Part shown: positions 11,870-25,149 of the stretch, in pieces
How the letters are laid out: each line of letters begins with the position of its first letter
Numbering within the stretch: the first letter of the stretch is position 1
DNA from: Haplodiscus bocki
Taxonomy: Eukaryota
Assembly: GCA_965655095.1 (NCBI GenBank)
Contig: OZ296655.1
Span: forward strand, 33,976,001-34,040,000
Length of the DNA stretch: 64,000 nucleotides
Reading direction: 5' to 3'
The notes under the pieces: generated by a model
The model's input: the letters and a program-made list of their open reading frames with translations, nothing else
What the model was told of the DNA's origin: nothing
Database searches by the model: none
Translations under genes and position numbers: made by a program

Positions 11870-14800
11870 GCTGTGCTCTAGATCCGCAAATTGCAATGGG
11901 CCTTGTGCAATTAGCACTAGACGCAGATACCTCGGAAAAACTGAATCCCAACAAAGAGAGGAGCTCCTTATCCGCACATTGCAATGGGCCAAGCCATGTT
12001 CCTCGTCTGCGTCGGTGTCTGGAGCAGTCGATAAACAATTATTCGCTTTTTTCGACTGAAACAAAAAACATGCAGTTTTACATCTGACAAGGTACAGTTT
12101 TTGCATCACAACTGTGCAAAAAAAATTTCAAAAACTGATTGAAAAACATGACGTTAAAGAACATCTCAAAATTCAATTCACCGCAACAAGAAAACAGTTT
12201 CAATGACAACTTTTGCAAAAAAACAATTCCATCAAAATTCCTATATAACCTTGGGTCCAGAAAAGAAAGTGAGCAGTCATAATAATTGCAATGCTTGAAA
12301 GTCAATCTTCATTACACATCAAAAATCCACAAAAACAACATCATACAACATCAAAATTCGAAAATGTCCAAAAAAAGATTTGAAGAGAGTTGACGGTGTG
12401 CGCAAGCTCACGGTGAAATCCACGACGAACCCGCGAAAATGGTTCACAATAAAAAACGAGGTTTATGGCACACGATTTGTCTGAAAAGCTATGTAAATAC
12501 CAGTAGTCATAAAGAAGTCGCAAAAACTGAATTTCAACAAAGAGGAGCTCCTTATTCACTCATTGCAATTGGCCACTCCATGTTCTTCGTCTGCATCGGT
12601 TTATGTAGAGGAATCAATAAACAATTTTTCACTTTCGAAGAAAACAGCAAACAAACGCAGTTTTACATCTCACAAGCTACAATTTATACATTACATCTGT
12701 GCAAAAAAAAATTTATTGAACTTTATTGAAGAACATGACGTTAGAGTACATTTAAAAACTCTGTTCACCCCAACGTAAAAGGAGTTTCAATGACGTTTTT
12801 CGCAAAAAAAACAACATGAAAATTCCTACATAACATTAGGCTCAGAAGAAAGTCAAGTCATAATAATCGCAATGCATAAAATTCAACCTTCATTACACAT
12901 CAAAAATCCGCAAAAACAACCTAACATCAAAATTCAAAAACGTTCGAAAAGAAGATTTGCAAGAGAGTTGAGGTTGTGCGCAAGCTCACGGTGAAATCCA
13001 CGACAAAACCCCAAAAACGGTTCAGAATAAAAAAAACGAGGTTTACGGTACACGATGTCCCAGTAAGAGTAGTCATAAATACGTCGCTAAAACTGAATCG
13101 CAACAAAGAAAGGAGCTCGAGATCCGCAAAGTGCAATGGGCCACTCCAGATTCCTCGTGTGTGTCGATTTCTATGCTGAGTCAATCGAGAAACGCAAAGT
13201 AACTTTTTTCGACTCACACACAAAAAAAAAATTTGCATCTGGTGACGTACAATATTTACATCACGTCTGTGCAAAAAGAATCCAAAAGTTGATTGAAAAC
13301 AAGACGGCACAGAAGATCTAAAAATCTTGGTTCAATGTAGCGTAATAACAGTAATAGTATTAATTTTTTGCTGAAAAGTTCCATCCTATTTCTCATAAAA
13401 CGTCAAATGCGAAAAACAAAGTCAGAAGACATTATGCTCGTACTGGCAGAATTAAGTTTCTAAAACTTCAACAGAGCAAGCGTTTTAAGACATGAAACTT
13501 CCGAAAAGTTCGCAAAAATATACGACAATTGAAGAAGTGCACAAATTCACAGTGCAACCCAAGGAGAACACTTCCCAAGCAGCAGAAAAAGCAGACATAG
13601 GAAAAATTGATGCACTACAAAACATTTAGTTTGCACTACTAGCAGATACCTCGAAAAAAACTGAATCGCAACAAAGGGAGGAGCTCCATATCCGCACAAT
13701 GAATTTGGCCACTCCATGTTCTTCGTCTGCATCAGTGTCTCCGGAGCAATCAATAAATATTTATTCGGTTTTTTCGACTGAAGCAAAAACCAATGCAGTT
13801 TTACATCGGATAAGGTATAGTGTTTACAGCACATCTGTGCAGAAAAAACGATGCCAAGGAGTGATTGAAAAACACGAGGTTAGAGAAAATATGAAAACTC
13901 AGTTCACCGCTACGTAAAAAGTTTTGATGACACCCTGGGCAAAAAAAAACAATTCCATCAAAATTCCTATGTAAGATTCAGTCCAGAAAACAAAGTCAGA
14001 AGTCATAATGATCGCTCTGCATAAAAGTCAACCTTCATTACTCATCAAAACATCAAAATTTCACAAAAACAACAAGTTGCAACATCAAAATTCAAAAACG
14101 TTCGAAAATAAGATTTGCAAGAGAGTTGACGGTGTGCGCAAGCTCACGGTGAAATCCACGACGAACCCCCGAAAACGGTTCACAATAAAGAAAACGAGGT
14201 TTTTGGTACACGATGTGTCAGAAAAGCTATGTAAATACCAGTAGTCATAAATACCTTGCTAAAGCTGAACCGCAACAAAGAGAGGAGCTCCATTTCAATC
14301 GGCCACTCACTGTTACACCTCTGCATCGATGTCTCTAGAGCAGTCAGGAGACACTTTATCACTCTTTTCGACTGAAACAGAAAACGAATGATGTTTTACA
14401 TGTGAAAGAAAGTAGTTCACCCCGGCGCAATAATTCCAAAACTGGCCGAAGGACATGATGACGGAGAACATCTAGAAACTCGGTTCATTGGAACGCAAAA
14501 AACTGCGATGACAGCCTATGCTATAAAAAGAAATTCCATCCCTATTTCCTATTGACGTCAAGTGCAAAAAGTCAGAACACGTGATGCTTCTTATCCCAAA
14601 AGTCAATTTCCACTACATGATCGAAACTAGCATTTCGAAACATCAAAAAATTCGAAAAATTGAAAGCAGCTAAAGAAGTGCGCAAGTTGCCGGTGAAATC
14701 CATGAAAAAGCCTTGAACGAACAGCAAAAAAACGAGGTATACAGTATATAATACATAAAATAATCACTGTAAATACTAGTACTCACATACTTCGGCAAAA

Positions 14801-14890
14801 CTGGGTCGCACCAAAGTAACCTGCTCCAGATTCACAACTTGCAACAGACCACTCCATGCTCCTCGTCTGCATCGATGTTCAAAGCTGGCA
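11870..14890 (+). repeat. Tandem array of about 5 diverged ~580-bp units (satellite-like)
   Basis: The marker GAGCTC recurs at ~11961, 12545, 13113, 13681 and 14285. GTGCGCAAG..CGGTGAAATCCA recurs at ~12398, 12976, 14133 and 14678, with a degenerate copy at ~13537. Confidence 0.85.
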
Positions 14891-15289
14891 ACTCAAGCTC
14901 TGGGTGAATGAAAGTCAACAACTAGGCTCTCCGATAACATCAAAGAATGCTAGTTTTGAACAGAAGAAAATTCTGACTGAAAGCAGGTCTTAATTACCTC
15001 GTGTGTTCAGAGTATGTAAAAAAGATAAGCACCAGTGGCCTCGTGTTGGCCTACCGGCAGCACCCTCTAAAACAAGCCAGAAAAACACGCTTTCATCTTT
15101 TATTTGGAGGCTTGAGTGCTCGAAGGTTTGATATAAAGCGAAGCATTTAGATTCACAAGTTTCCGAAAGCCATCGATTTTCATTTATTTGCAGAAATTTT
15201 TTCCGAAAATTTCTCACAACAAGCAAAAAGTAAATGTATTACATTGCAGTCTCCTCGTTTTCCCTCTCTGAAAATGGGTCGTGTTTGGG

Positions 15290-16010
15290 GGAAACTTTTT
15301 GGGACATTGAGCAGAAAATTTTCCGCACGGCTATCAAAACTGCCTTGGACGCGTTTAAAATTGAAATCTTACCTCTTGGGTAAAATACTTTTAAGAAACT
15401 TCTTTGCTTTTTCGGACTGATAGCAAAGATTTTGCGACTTTAAGTCAGAGGTTTTCTGCAGGGTTGTCAAAACCACCTTCTACGTGTCCAGAGGAAGATT
15501 TTGGAGAAAAATAACTGAAGAGCTGATAGAATTGAAGACTATTCAGAAATTGAAGCAAAAGATTTTCGGACTCTGGGCCGGAATTTTCTCTTGGAATTAT
15601 CAAAACTGCGTTCGACATGTCCAGAGTAACCTTCGAGACCGAATATTTTGAGAAATGATGAGAAACTTATAAATTTTTCGGCCTCCGAGCGATAATTTTC
15701 CGACGTTTAGCGACAGGTTTCCGGAAGTGTTGTCAAACCTGCCTTGCACGTGTTCAGAGGAACATTTTGGAAGAAAAATTTTGGCAACCAAGTATATCTA
15801 TTAAAATCTTTCACAAACTTGGAGCAAAAGTTTTGGCAAGGTTGTCGAAACTTCCGAAGTGTCCAGAGGATTATTTTGACTTTGAACCAAAAATTTTTGT
15901 AGTGTGGGCCTAATTTTTTCTATAGTGTTGTCGAATTCTACTTGTCCAGAGGAGCCTTTAAAGAGGAGAAATTTGTAAACTTCTATCATATGAAAACATT
16001 TTCGGTGTCC
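15290..16010 (+). repeat. Array of ~120-130 bp diverged units (GTTGTCAAAAC..CGTGTCCAGAGGA)
   Basis: The motif recurs at ~15330, 15463, 15598, 15729, 15841 and 15927; it is the same unit as at 19-60. Confidence 0.75.
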
Positions 16011-16769
16011 AAAAATTTGATGTTCCCGGATGATTTCATCAATTTAGCAAATAGCGATATTTAGTTCGATTCGCCATTATAACTGCTCTGAACAAAAAAT
16101 GGCGGAAATTTTCACAGAGTCGACGCTGGGAGTATTAGCAAACGATCGGAAGTAAGTTATTACATAAGTGTGATTTGAAGAATTTACTTTCGCCTTTTAT
16201 TACGACAGAAAATTGAAATTTGCATAATTTCGATCTTTTTGACATACCCCTTCAGCAAAGACTAAAACAGTTGCAATATATGGACTAACTTGACTGGCTC
16301 AATATCTATGCCTATAGAACACAATCTTGAATGGGACGAGGCTCGTGTTTAGGTTATATTATGACTCAGTTACTTGAAAATCGACTGATGTGGTAAAAAT
16401 CCCTAGAAAACTATTCAATTGCTATCAAAAGTCCGCTGCGAAAAATCGGAAAAAGTGCGCTTTCGGAGAACATCTCCCAACCTACCAAAGAAAAACCAAT
16501 CAGAAATATGCTCTATCCTCATTCAGCTGTTACTTTACTCAATTCTAGCTAACACTATAGATCCTTCATTTTGTCTCATCAGGCAACTATTGCAAGGTGA
16601 AAGGTACTAAGAGCTAGTAATTCGGATTGAAAAAAAACAAGGCAGAAAAATTGTTTCCGATGATAAGTGATCATCAGGGTAGACTTATAGATTTTAACAA
16701 CCAAGTATGAAAAAATTTAGGTGCACAAAATGTTTGGGCAATTTCTCAGTACTTTCCGCTGCTAAGATT

Positions 16770-18943
16770 TCATTTATGATCGACAAAATATGGCACTTTT
16801 CTGGACCGACTTTCGGAGTCGTACTTGATAGAAAAGAGTTTGACCACCCTATCCAATGGAACGAGTGCTGTTTCACAGCTATCAGCCGCAGTCAAGTGCA
16901 GCTTCTTGCAAAAGTCCAGTCTTCCGATGTATTTCTGTATGTGATAAATCTGCACGAAAGCGTTTTTATTTGAAGAATCCGGCATACTCAAGAAGTAATG
17001 TATTTTCCCACATTCCTTTCTACCATCTTCTTCGAAAAGAACGTTACCATTTGGCGCTCTCCAGTTCCAACGTTAGCACAAAGAACCGAAGTACCCGTTG
17101 CCTACACGTGCACGCGAAAAGAATTTGTTTACTCTCGGTAATCAACTCGAGCTGCATTCACATACTCAGTCTCCAAAACATCCTTCATTAAAGTGCGATC
17201 ACTTTGAAGGAAAGAAGTTTGGCCTGACCATGAAGCAGCAATGTCACATAGGACATCATTTTCGATTTCTTCTTCCATCAGAGCCTGGTTTTCTAGATAC
17301 CGTCGACATATCACTTCGCATTGACTCACAGTTCCGGTAAACAACTGCACAAGGAATTGATCAGCGGGTTCGAAACACATAGCGGAAGACACAAAAAGAG
17401 GGCCAAACTGAGTTGATAACTCAAATGTCGCAGGCAATGTAAGTTGATAGTTTCACACTTCTCTGTTCGGAAAATGTCTACCGCTTCGCAGCAAAATGTA
17501 TCCAAACAAGCCTCAGCCACCTGAATCTAATCCTCCACGAAGTTTCCAAGAGAAGGCTTATGCGGTTAACTAACTGCAAGTAATGATGATTCACTTTATC
17601 AGGAAGCCGATTCCGCAGAAAATTAATGCCGACGTAAAGGAGGTAATTGTAAAAACTCATTAGCTTTGAAATCTTTCAGATCTGTTAATGGACGAACAGA
17701 CCGACCATGATTGAATAAATCACATGGAAGCGAAATTTTTTCGAGGTGATTATTGAAGTTTTCCAAAAGTTTCCGCTCAGTCATCAACTTATTATGCAAT
17801 TTGAAAAGGAACTGGTGCACACCAATCAAGTTAATGCATGCAATCTATGCATGCAGACAAAGGTAAGGCAGGAATTATATCACTGAATGCACTTCTACTC
17901 TTAACACCCACTACATTAGTCGAGCTGTGACCACCTTCATTTAAAGTCTCCGCAAACTGTACGCATTGTTTGTTCATGGAACGTGGATTCTCGAACGCGG
18001 AAGTCTTGCTTATAGGGGTAATAGCAGTGGTGTCGATCAAAGGTGGCACCGCAAGCTGTGCAGTAGCAGCAGCCGAAGTGACCATTGTGTTGGTACATTG
18101 AGTCAGCTACTAACATGATTATCTTACAACGTATCTGTACGGTCGTCCCCAAAGAGCTCCAAACAACAGGAAGTTTCAAAGCTTCTAGTTTGATGTGAAA
18201 TATAAAGGCTTCAAAGACAGGCTTTTTGGCACTAACAAACAGACGCAAGTACTTTTTTTCTGAGATATTCTGAGACGTGGTGGCAACTGCGCTGAAGATA
18301 ACCAAATTGGCCATAGTATGCGGTGAGAAGAAGACTTTATAAAGGTAACGCCATCAGGAAGAGTGTGAAATCTATAGCAATTATGTTTTCTTCATTGGGG
18401 AATGTTAACTTGGAATTCGGAATAACGTTTGTTTGATAAGTCGCTTTCCGCTCAGCATTGTATTTCAAAATACTTGAAATGTTCTTTTTCACAACGCTGA
18501 CAATTGAACTGGAAAACTTGAGAACACAAACACGTCCATTTGAAGTATCGATCATTGTAGCAGTGAACTCAGCGAGTCGAATTTTAGAAGATTAAACCGC
18601 AGTAAAAGACGAAGCCATCCCGTTATCTGGCAGCAAAAGCGAATGATTCCTGTTAAACAATCATTTTGAAGCGACGTCGCTCAATTTAAAACGATCGCAA
18701 AAGCATCGGGCGATTAGATTGGTGTTCTTTTTTTCTGATTCTGGAAGAAGGATAAAGTAACTGGGATAATGGCCTAAGCTCTTCGTCCTCATTCTGGAAA
18801 ATAGCCGAAAGAGGCTCAAAGTTTTCATTTATGGAAGAAATGTCGACCGATTCCAAATCTGCACCGTTTGAAACTGGCGAGGATGCAAAAGGTCGAGCAG
18901 ACACCATCGGCGTGGAAGTAGTTGCCTCTGGAGACATAGGCAA
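16770..18943 (-). mobile_element. CACTA/EnSpm (CMC superfamily) transposase pseudogene
   Basis: Ordered, frameshifted motifs: MYQHNGHFGCCYC, GVKSRSAFSDIIPALPLSACIDCMH, RSVRPLTDLKDFKANEF/YNYLLYVG, TINLHCLRHL and QFGPLFVSSAMCFE, ending ..PYFVDHK*. Confidence 0.88.
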
Positions 18944-19423
18944 TTATTGCTACAGGAAAGAGCGAAATTTTAGTGGAACAGCTCGGAAAATTCAAAAATC
19001 ACCGAAGCAGATCCGAAAAAGCAACCAATTGTGAAAAAACTGAGAAAAGAATGTAAATCAGTACCAATGTAGAAATGTGAAACATCCATTAAAGGATGCG
19101 AAAAACTGCTCTTAGAAAAGCTCACTGGAAAAAAGCGAAAATAAGAAGTTTCATGCAAATTTAAATTTATATCTGGAAGCGAGCAGAGCAACCATCAAAA
19201 CCGGCGGTGTACAGATAAAAACTTTTGAAAAACTGCAAAACAGGAGCAATTTTCTAGTATCACGCCAAAAATGCACCTCCAGTTCCTCGGTCATGACCAG
19301 GGGGTTAGAAACTTCAGTTAATTGAACTCTTGCTGGAAGTGTAGCCGATTCAAAATGTTCCTCCCTCAACAAATCTTCTGACGACCAAGCGATTAGATGC
19401 GTATACTTTTCAACTCCCATTTC

Positions 19424-20565
19424 CTACTCTCGAATTCTTGCAGCGTTGGACAACCGTCGCGGAGAACACCAACTTTTCGACTTCTTCCTGGGCGGTAGAG
19501 CAAAGTCATTCGCAATCTCGGCGATATGCCTCTCCGATGTTTCAATTGAAACGGGTAACGGTCTCATCTGCAACATTCGATCCAGTCTCGAGTTGGTAGG
19601 CCATTTGTTCAGAAAGTTTGGCGGGTCTGAAGGTGTCTGATGCGGCTTTCTCATTTGCACAAGTAGCACGTAGATATTTCGGTCAAAAAACTCTTCGCTA
19701 TATTTCACGAGCAACTTATCACCGGGTGTAATCTTTTTCAAAGTTCCAATTTGAACTAATTCGTCTGTCCTATCAAATTTATTTCGGCTGTTGGGGTCGC
19801 AATCAGAATTCAGAAAGCGAATGGAACATAGCACCAAAATACGGACCTCTTCTTTGTTTTGACGTCAAATAAATTGTCGGAACTGGGAGAACCTCGTCAG
19901 GAACGGCCGCTAAATGTCCCAAGGAACCGTCTCTCAGAATGCTTTTGGCAGGTATTTCGAGGTCTCGTATATAAAACAATCTAAAGCCACCGAAATTGTC
20001 ATGACGAATTAAATAAAATATCGACCCGAGAGTAGGATTCTTTCAGTTTTTTATAACATCTCGCCAGATCCGGATTGGCTCGGAGCTGTGAGCTGTGATC
20101 CAAACTTTCGCTCAGAATGTAATCTTAGAACTGTTCTCGCTTCGCGACCATCATACTCGACCATCTGCTCAACCAGTTGCTTATCACACTGAGCCAACAT
20201 CGCCCCCGGAAAACACTCGCTGCTCTCAACTGATTTGCAATCAAAACGACAACATTTTATTCAAGAAACCAAGATTTTAAGTTGAGAACCACGACGAAGT
20301 TCCGGTCCGATTGAAGATGTCATTCATTCCTGTAGCTCTGCTGGATTTTTGGACCAAATTTACGGCTGTGTCATTCGTTTTTCGAAACCTGCGTATTCAA
20401 TGCTCCAATCAATTCTGAAAACAGGCCCCTACGAAATCGCGCAATACATCCTCGTGACGTTCACAAAAGCCCTCCAAAATTGATTGTTGGTGTTCAAAAC
20501 ACGACGAGTTTGGTACAGAAAGCCGATGAATTTATGAAACCGTTTGTCCTAATGTCACTCCATTT
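19424..20565 (-). pseudogene. Decayed gene with a SUV4-20/Set9-like SET domain (~19659-20040)
   Basis: It reads GGFRLFYIRDLEIPAKSILRDGSLGHLAAVP and then, after a frameshift, ILVLCSIRFLNSDCDPN..TLKKITPGDKLLVKYSEEFF. YLRATC follows in a shifted frame and may be a decayed post-SET CxCxxC. A stop-interrupted reading frame extends upstream to ~20565. Confidence 0.72.
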
Positions 20566-23500
20566 CTGTCTTCTCAACTTTAGTATGAATGCATGTCAGC
20601 TACTGCACCTAAGTACAGGAGTTTACAACTACAACATTGACGTTGAGCGCGAATAAGTGTTGCCTGTTGGAGGCGGTTAATTGAGAGTGCCTCTTTTTTT
20701 ACAATTTCCAAAAATTAGAAATATACCACTCTCGATTAAACGCCACTGCAATCTACGCCATGACGTCAGAAGTGTCAATTATAAAACTTCCGATACAGCG
20801 CAAGTGCAGTAATTGTCAAAAACACGATTTCAAGTACAGTGCTTCAGCTGAAGTTATAATTGCAAAATTGAGGTTACCACAAATGCTCAGCTAACTTTGC
20901 TACACTTGTCAAGTTACGTTACGAATGCAACAACTGACGTTGGAAAGACTGACGTTCAGACTTTTGGAGTTGAAGAACTTGGTTGAAAAAGGTCATCAGG
21001 TGTCTTTTTATCGCACACCTTCCTTTTTCAATCAACTAGCAAAAACGTTTAGTAAAAAATCTTATCGCTATTGGTACCTAAAAGTTACAAAAAACCAACA
21101 AGCGGCCTTTTTTTGAAAAGCAACAGCAAAAACCTCAGCAAATAAGATAAATATCTAATCTAGGCAAAACAGTCAAAAATCCGGATACTGAATCATCGTA
21201 TAGGTTTCAAATTGGTTGCTAAAGCGCAACTTTCTGGAAGTCAAACACATTGCATGCTTAAAACAAGAGTCACCATAAGGGTTGACTTGTGCATGATGGG
21301 TCTATATTATAAATCTTTTGTTACAGTCAAAAAAGTCTCTTAAAAAGGTGAAAAGGGATCCGCTGTTTATCAGACAAGCACTTCAATCAAAACTTATTTG
21401 AACATCGAAGAGTTTATTTCTATGAGATTGGAAGGGAAGAAAAGTATCCAGAGCTGCATGATTTTTTGAATACGAACTTGTCAAAATAAAGCAAGATGTA
21501 TGTACAGAATCATGTAACAAACATTGTGTAGCATCATTTATCATAAAGGTTTCAAAGGGCACTAGTGATTAAGAGGGAACTAACTTGATCGCCTTCAAAC
21601 AATAATTAAAAGAACTCGCGTAAAAGAAAGAACCAGACATATCTGAAGTCTCTATAAATTTCTTCGGCATGGTTACACAAAATCCAGTTCAAAAATCATT
21701 AAAAAGCGTCAAGGGTTAAAATCAGTCTGAAGAAAAGGAAACAGTTAGTGAACAGACTGGCTGAGTATATCAGTTTCTGGAAGTATCCTTCAATATAAAA
21801 AGAAAATATACAGTAAACAAAGGACCATAGTTGGTTACCGAAAAAAGACAGCAAATTAGATGGCACCAGTTGTCCCAAGGAGGTGAAGCTCAACAAACGG
21901 AGAAATCTCATGACTAAAAATTCATTTAAGACAGTCATCATAAGGGTTAACTTATTAACGACCACCCGGTTGCGGTATGAAACAGAATACGAGGCTCTTC
22001 GTCAACGTTTTTAGACGTTAGACCTGCGTTTTCTACTTGACTTTCCGAAAACTTCTTCATCATCGATATCATTATCGGCCGCATCTTTTTCATATGCGTT
22101 CACAAGCTCAAGAGTTGCTTCGGCCAGGATTGTGCTCCCGAGATCCCTCTTTTCGGTTGAACATTGGGAGACCGAGAGAGCAGCTTTCAATTGATCCAAT
22201 TCAGCTTTCTTTCAATTGTGCCAGTTACGCTCGCTCACCATGCTTTTGAATCTACCTCTGGCCTCTATCTATGTATCAATAGGTCCATTCGGGTTTTTCC
22301 GCTTGACAGCCTCTGAAAAATAATTGGGTCCCAGATTTCTATGAAAATGAGAACGGTACACCTAAAACAATCGGACCGAAAAGTGCGAATTAATTTCGAA
22401 CAGATTAGACCTTTCCCACATTACTTTCGGGGCGTTTTTGTCAGCTGGTGAATACGGGCTGTAGGACGGAGCGATTCTCCGCAGAATTTACCTAAAATGG
22501 TTTCAGGCAGAAGCTAAGACATTTACTCGACTTGCAGGACGAATATTCTTGCTGGCCACCAAATAATACATCGCCGCTTCTCTACAGAATAAACAAACAA
22601 ACATCACTAACTACGTCTTTCAAGACTTGGCCTATCTTGTAAGTTCCAGCAACGTTCCTAGAAGTAATAGTTTTGATTGTCTGATTGGGAGATGAAATGG
22701 ACGAATCAACACGCTCCAAGGACGCTAGTCAATTTATTGAGAACAGGATGAAGTTTCGCAGAATCTAGCAGCACCTAGACAAAAAAAAACTCAAGCGTGT
22801 TAGTCACAATTGACAGGCAAGGAAAGCAGCAAAATTGAAAATAGCGTAAGCTTTGAAGCTAATCGGCTAATGCTTGCTGCAGAAATTTCCATTATTTGAA
22901 ATTAAAAAGTCAGTCGATTAGACTTCCGCTCACAAATGAAACACCACTTCGACGGTTGTGGGGCTTGCATCCTGGTGAAGTAAGCGATATCTCCAGGGGT
23001 AAACACTTTCTTCCGTTTGGCATTTAGAGGTGTTGTACTAGCAAACTCAGCACTGAACTCAGATGAAAGATCTGCCAGGTCAACATCAGGCACCGCATCA
23101 TCGGGGCCACGCAAGTCAGTACCCTTTGAAAGGAAACTGTTAGTACCGCAGCTACAAGTTAGAGACCGACGTTCGGTTCAACCAAATTCCAAGAGCTGCC
23201 ATAAAGGGGACGATTGGTTTGGCATCGAGACATATGAGATGCGAAACCAAACAAGGCTCCAGATCAGGCGTAAAACTTGTACACTACGGAAGATATCTTT
23301 CATGACTGCTTGCGAACTCCCAAAAGTTGAACGCAAACAAACCGTGAAAAGCCACCTTTAGGGTGACAGAATTAACAAGATACCAACGGAATGAAAAGAT
23401 CTAAAAGTACGTGATAACGTCAGACCTGTACGGTTGGCGGAGTCGTTATTGTTGTCACATCGATATCCGCAGCACTGCCGAATTATTCAACGTTGGTGCA

Positions 23501-23569
23501 TTCTGATCCATTTGTCGAAACACTATAGGAGGATTGTCGCAGGGATACGGCAAGCCTTTGCAAAAATCC

Positions 23570-24210
23570 GACAGTTGTTACAGGAACGTAGTGACATAAT
23601 CCTTCGGGCCTCTTGCATACTTTTTGCATGTATACATTGTCCTGGTGCCTTTGACTTTAACAATGCTCTTCTCCTCGAACGGTTTCCAAAACCGAAGCAT
23701 CAACGATCAGTGTCGCTTGAAACCCACATTTCAGAGCGGCTACCCACAACTCCATGCAACATTGATCACTTATGCACAAGGATGGACCATTGTAAACAAA
23801 GGAAATCCTTCACGCAGTGGATCAAGTTCTGTGAGCACGTGAATAGAGTGAGAAATGAAACCCCACATAACGAAATGAACGAATCTAATTAGCGAGAAGC
23901 TTACCCTAATTTCAGCTTTTTCTGTACTTCTTCCTTGAATGCTATCCGACAATTGCGGTCTAACGAAGCTCCGACCATCATTTAAGAAGTACAATCAGAG
24001 GTACGTGGATTTCAATGTCTCTTTAATTGAATACTCAACATCGTTAAAACTGTGATGGAGAGAAGCCGGAGGTCTTGTTTTTTGAGCAGAGCTAGTGGTT
24101 TGCGAGATTTTGAACTGAAAATGGAAGAAAGTCTTGAAGAACATGCCAAAAATACACGAGTTCGCGCTGCTCGTAAAGCTGAAAACACCCATAGGACGGC
24201 ACCTTGTCAA
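23570..24210 (-). pseudogene. Possible OTU-like cysteine protease remnant (duplicate at ~27897-28530)
   Basis: SANSCIFGMF (Cys 24154-24156), MELWVAALKCGFQATLIV and GLCHYVPV (His 23591-23593) occur in OTU order. There is a candidate 76-bp GT-AG intron at 23829-23904. Confidence 0.4.
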
Positions 24211-25149
24211 ATTTCAGACTTTCGACTCAGAGGCGAAGCTGGGCTTTGCAACACTTGCTCCAGTGGAATACTACTGAACAAAACAAACAAGTTTGAATAT
24301 TTTCCGAAGGAGTCACGGTAATACGACAACTACTAATAAAGCAAACAGAAGTTCAATTACTCAGTTAGTTCAATAAAATTTTTATACAAGTGTAACAAGT
24401 AAGATATGCGATCGCTCATTTTATATTGAAGCAGGCGCGCACGCTGGAAAACAGGCAACGTGCAAAAGTTCCTGCAACTGCGCTGGAGTACATGAACAAT
24501 TTTATAGCCACACAGTTTACAAAACCTAGGCAGCATTGGAATGTAGGCGCAAACGCGAGTTTTGAACGGATCGGGAAGAAAGAATCAAGCCTGTGGTATA
24601 ACACTTGCTTGCGCAAGATTTATTAGAAATATCAACTGAAGTTTCAAGGAATTTCTGCGCCAATTGTTTTGGGCAAAAGAGCGTGCGAAATTTCAAACAC
24701 TACTTACTTAGAAAGTTGGTTGAAAAACGTTTTTGCAATTGAAAGTGTTAGTTTCGTCCAACGGGAATTAAGAATAGAAATTCTGTGATGCACACCACCC
24801 ATGTAGCGCTGAAAGGGTTGATTAATTGAAGAGTATTCGTACTGAAGAATCACATTTAACAAGTGGTAGGAAACAAACTGACCTCCAAAGCCGGCTGAGA
24901 TGCCGGAACTTACACAAGTCTCAAATCAACTTAATGTTCAAAAAGTAGGTAGGAGTATTATTCCTCGTTGCAAAATAAAGGCGATGAAAAACCAATCTCA
25001 GAAAAAGCAACTTTTCTGGAAAAAATAATCTACAATTGCATGACAATGACAAGGTTTTCAAAACTCAAAATAAGAAGCAAAGCTGGCATGTGAATGTAAT
25101 GCCCCTATAAGGGTGACAATTCACCGTGAAATTCCATTCTTTATGATAG

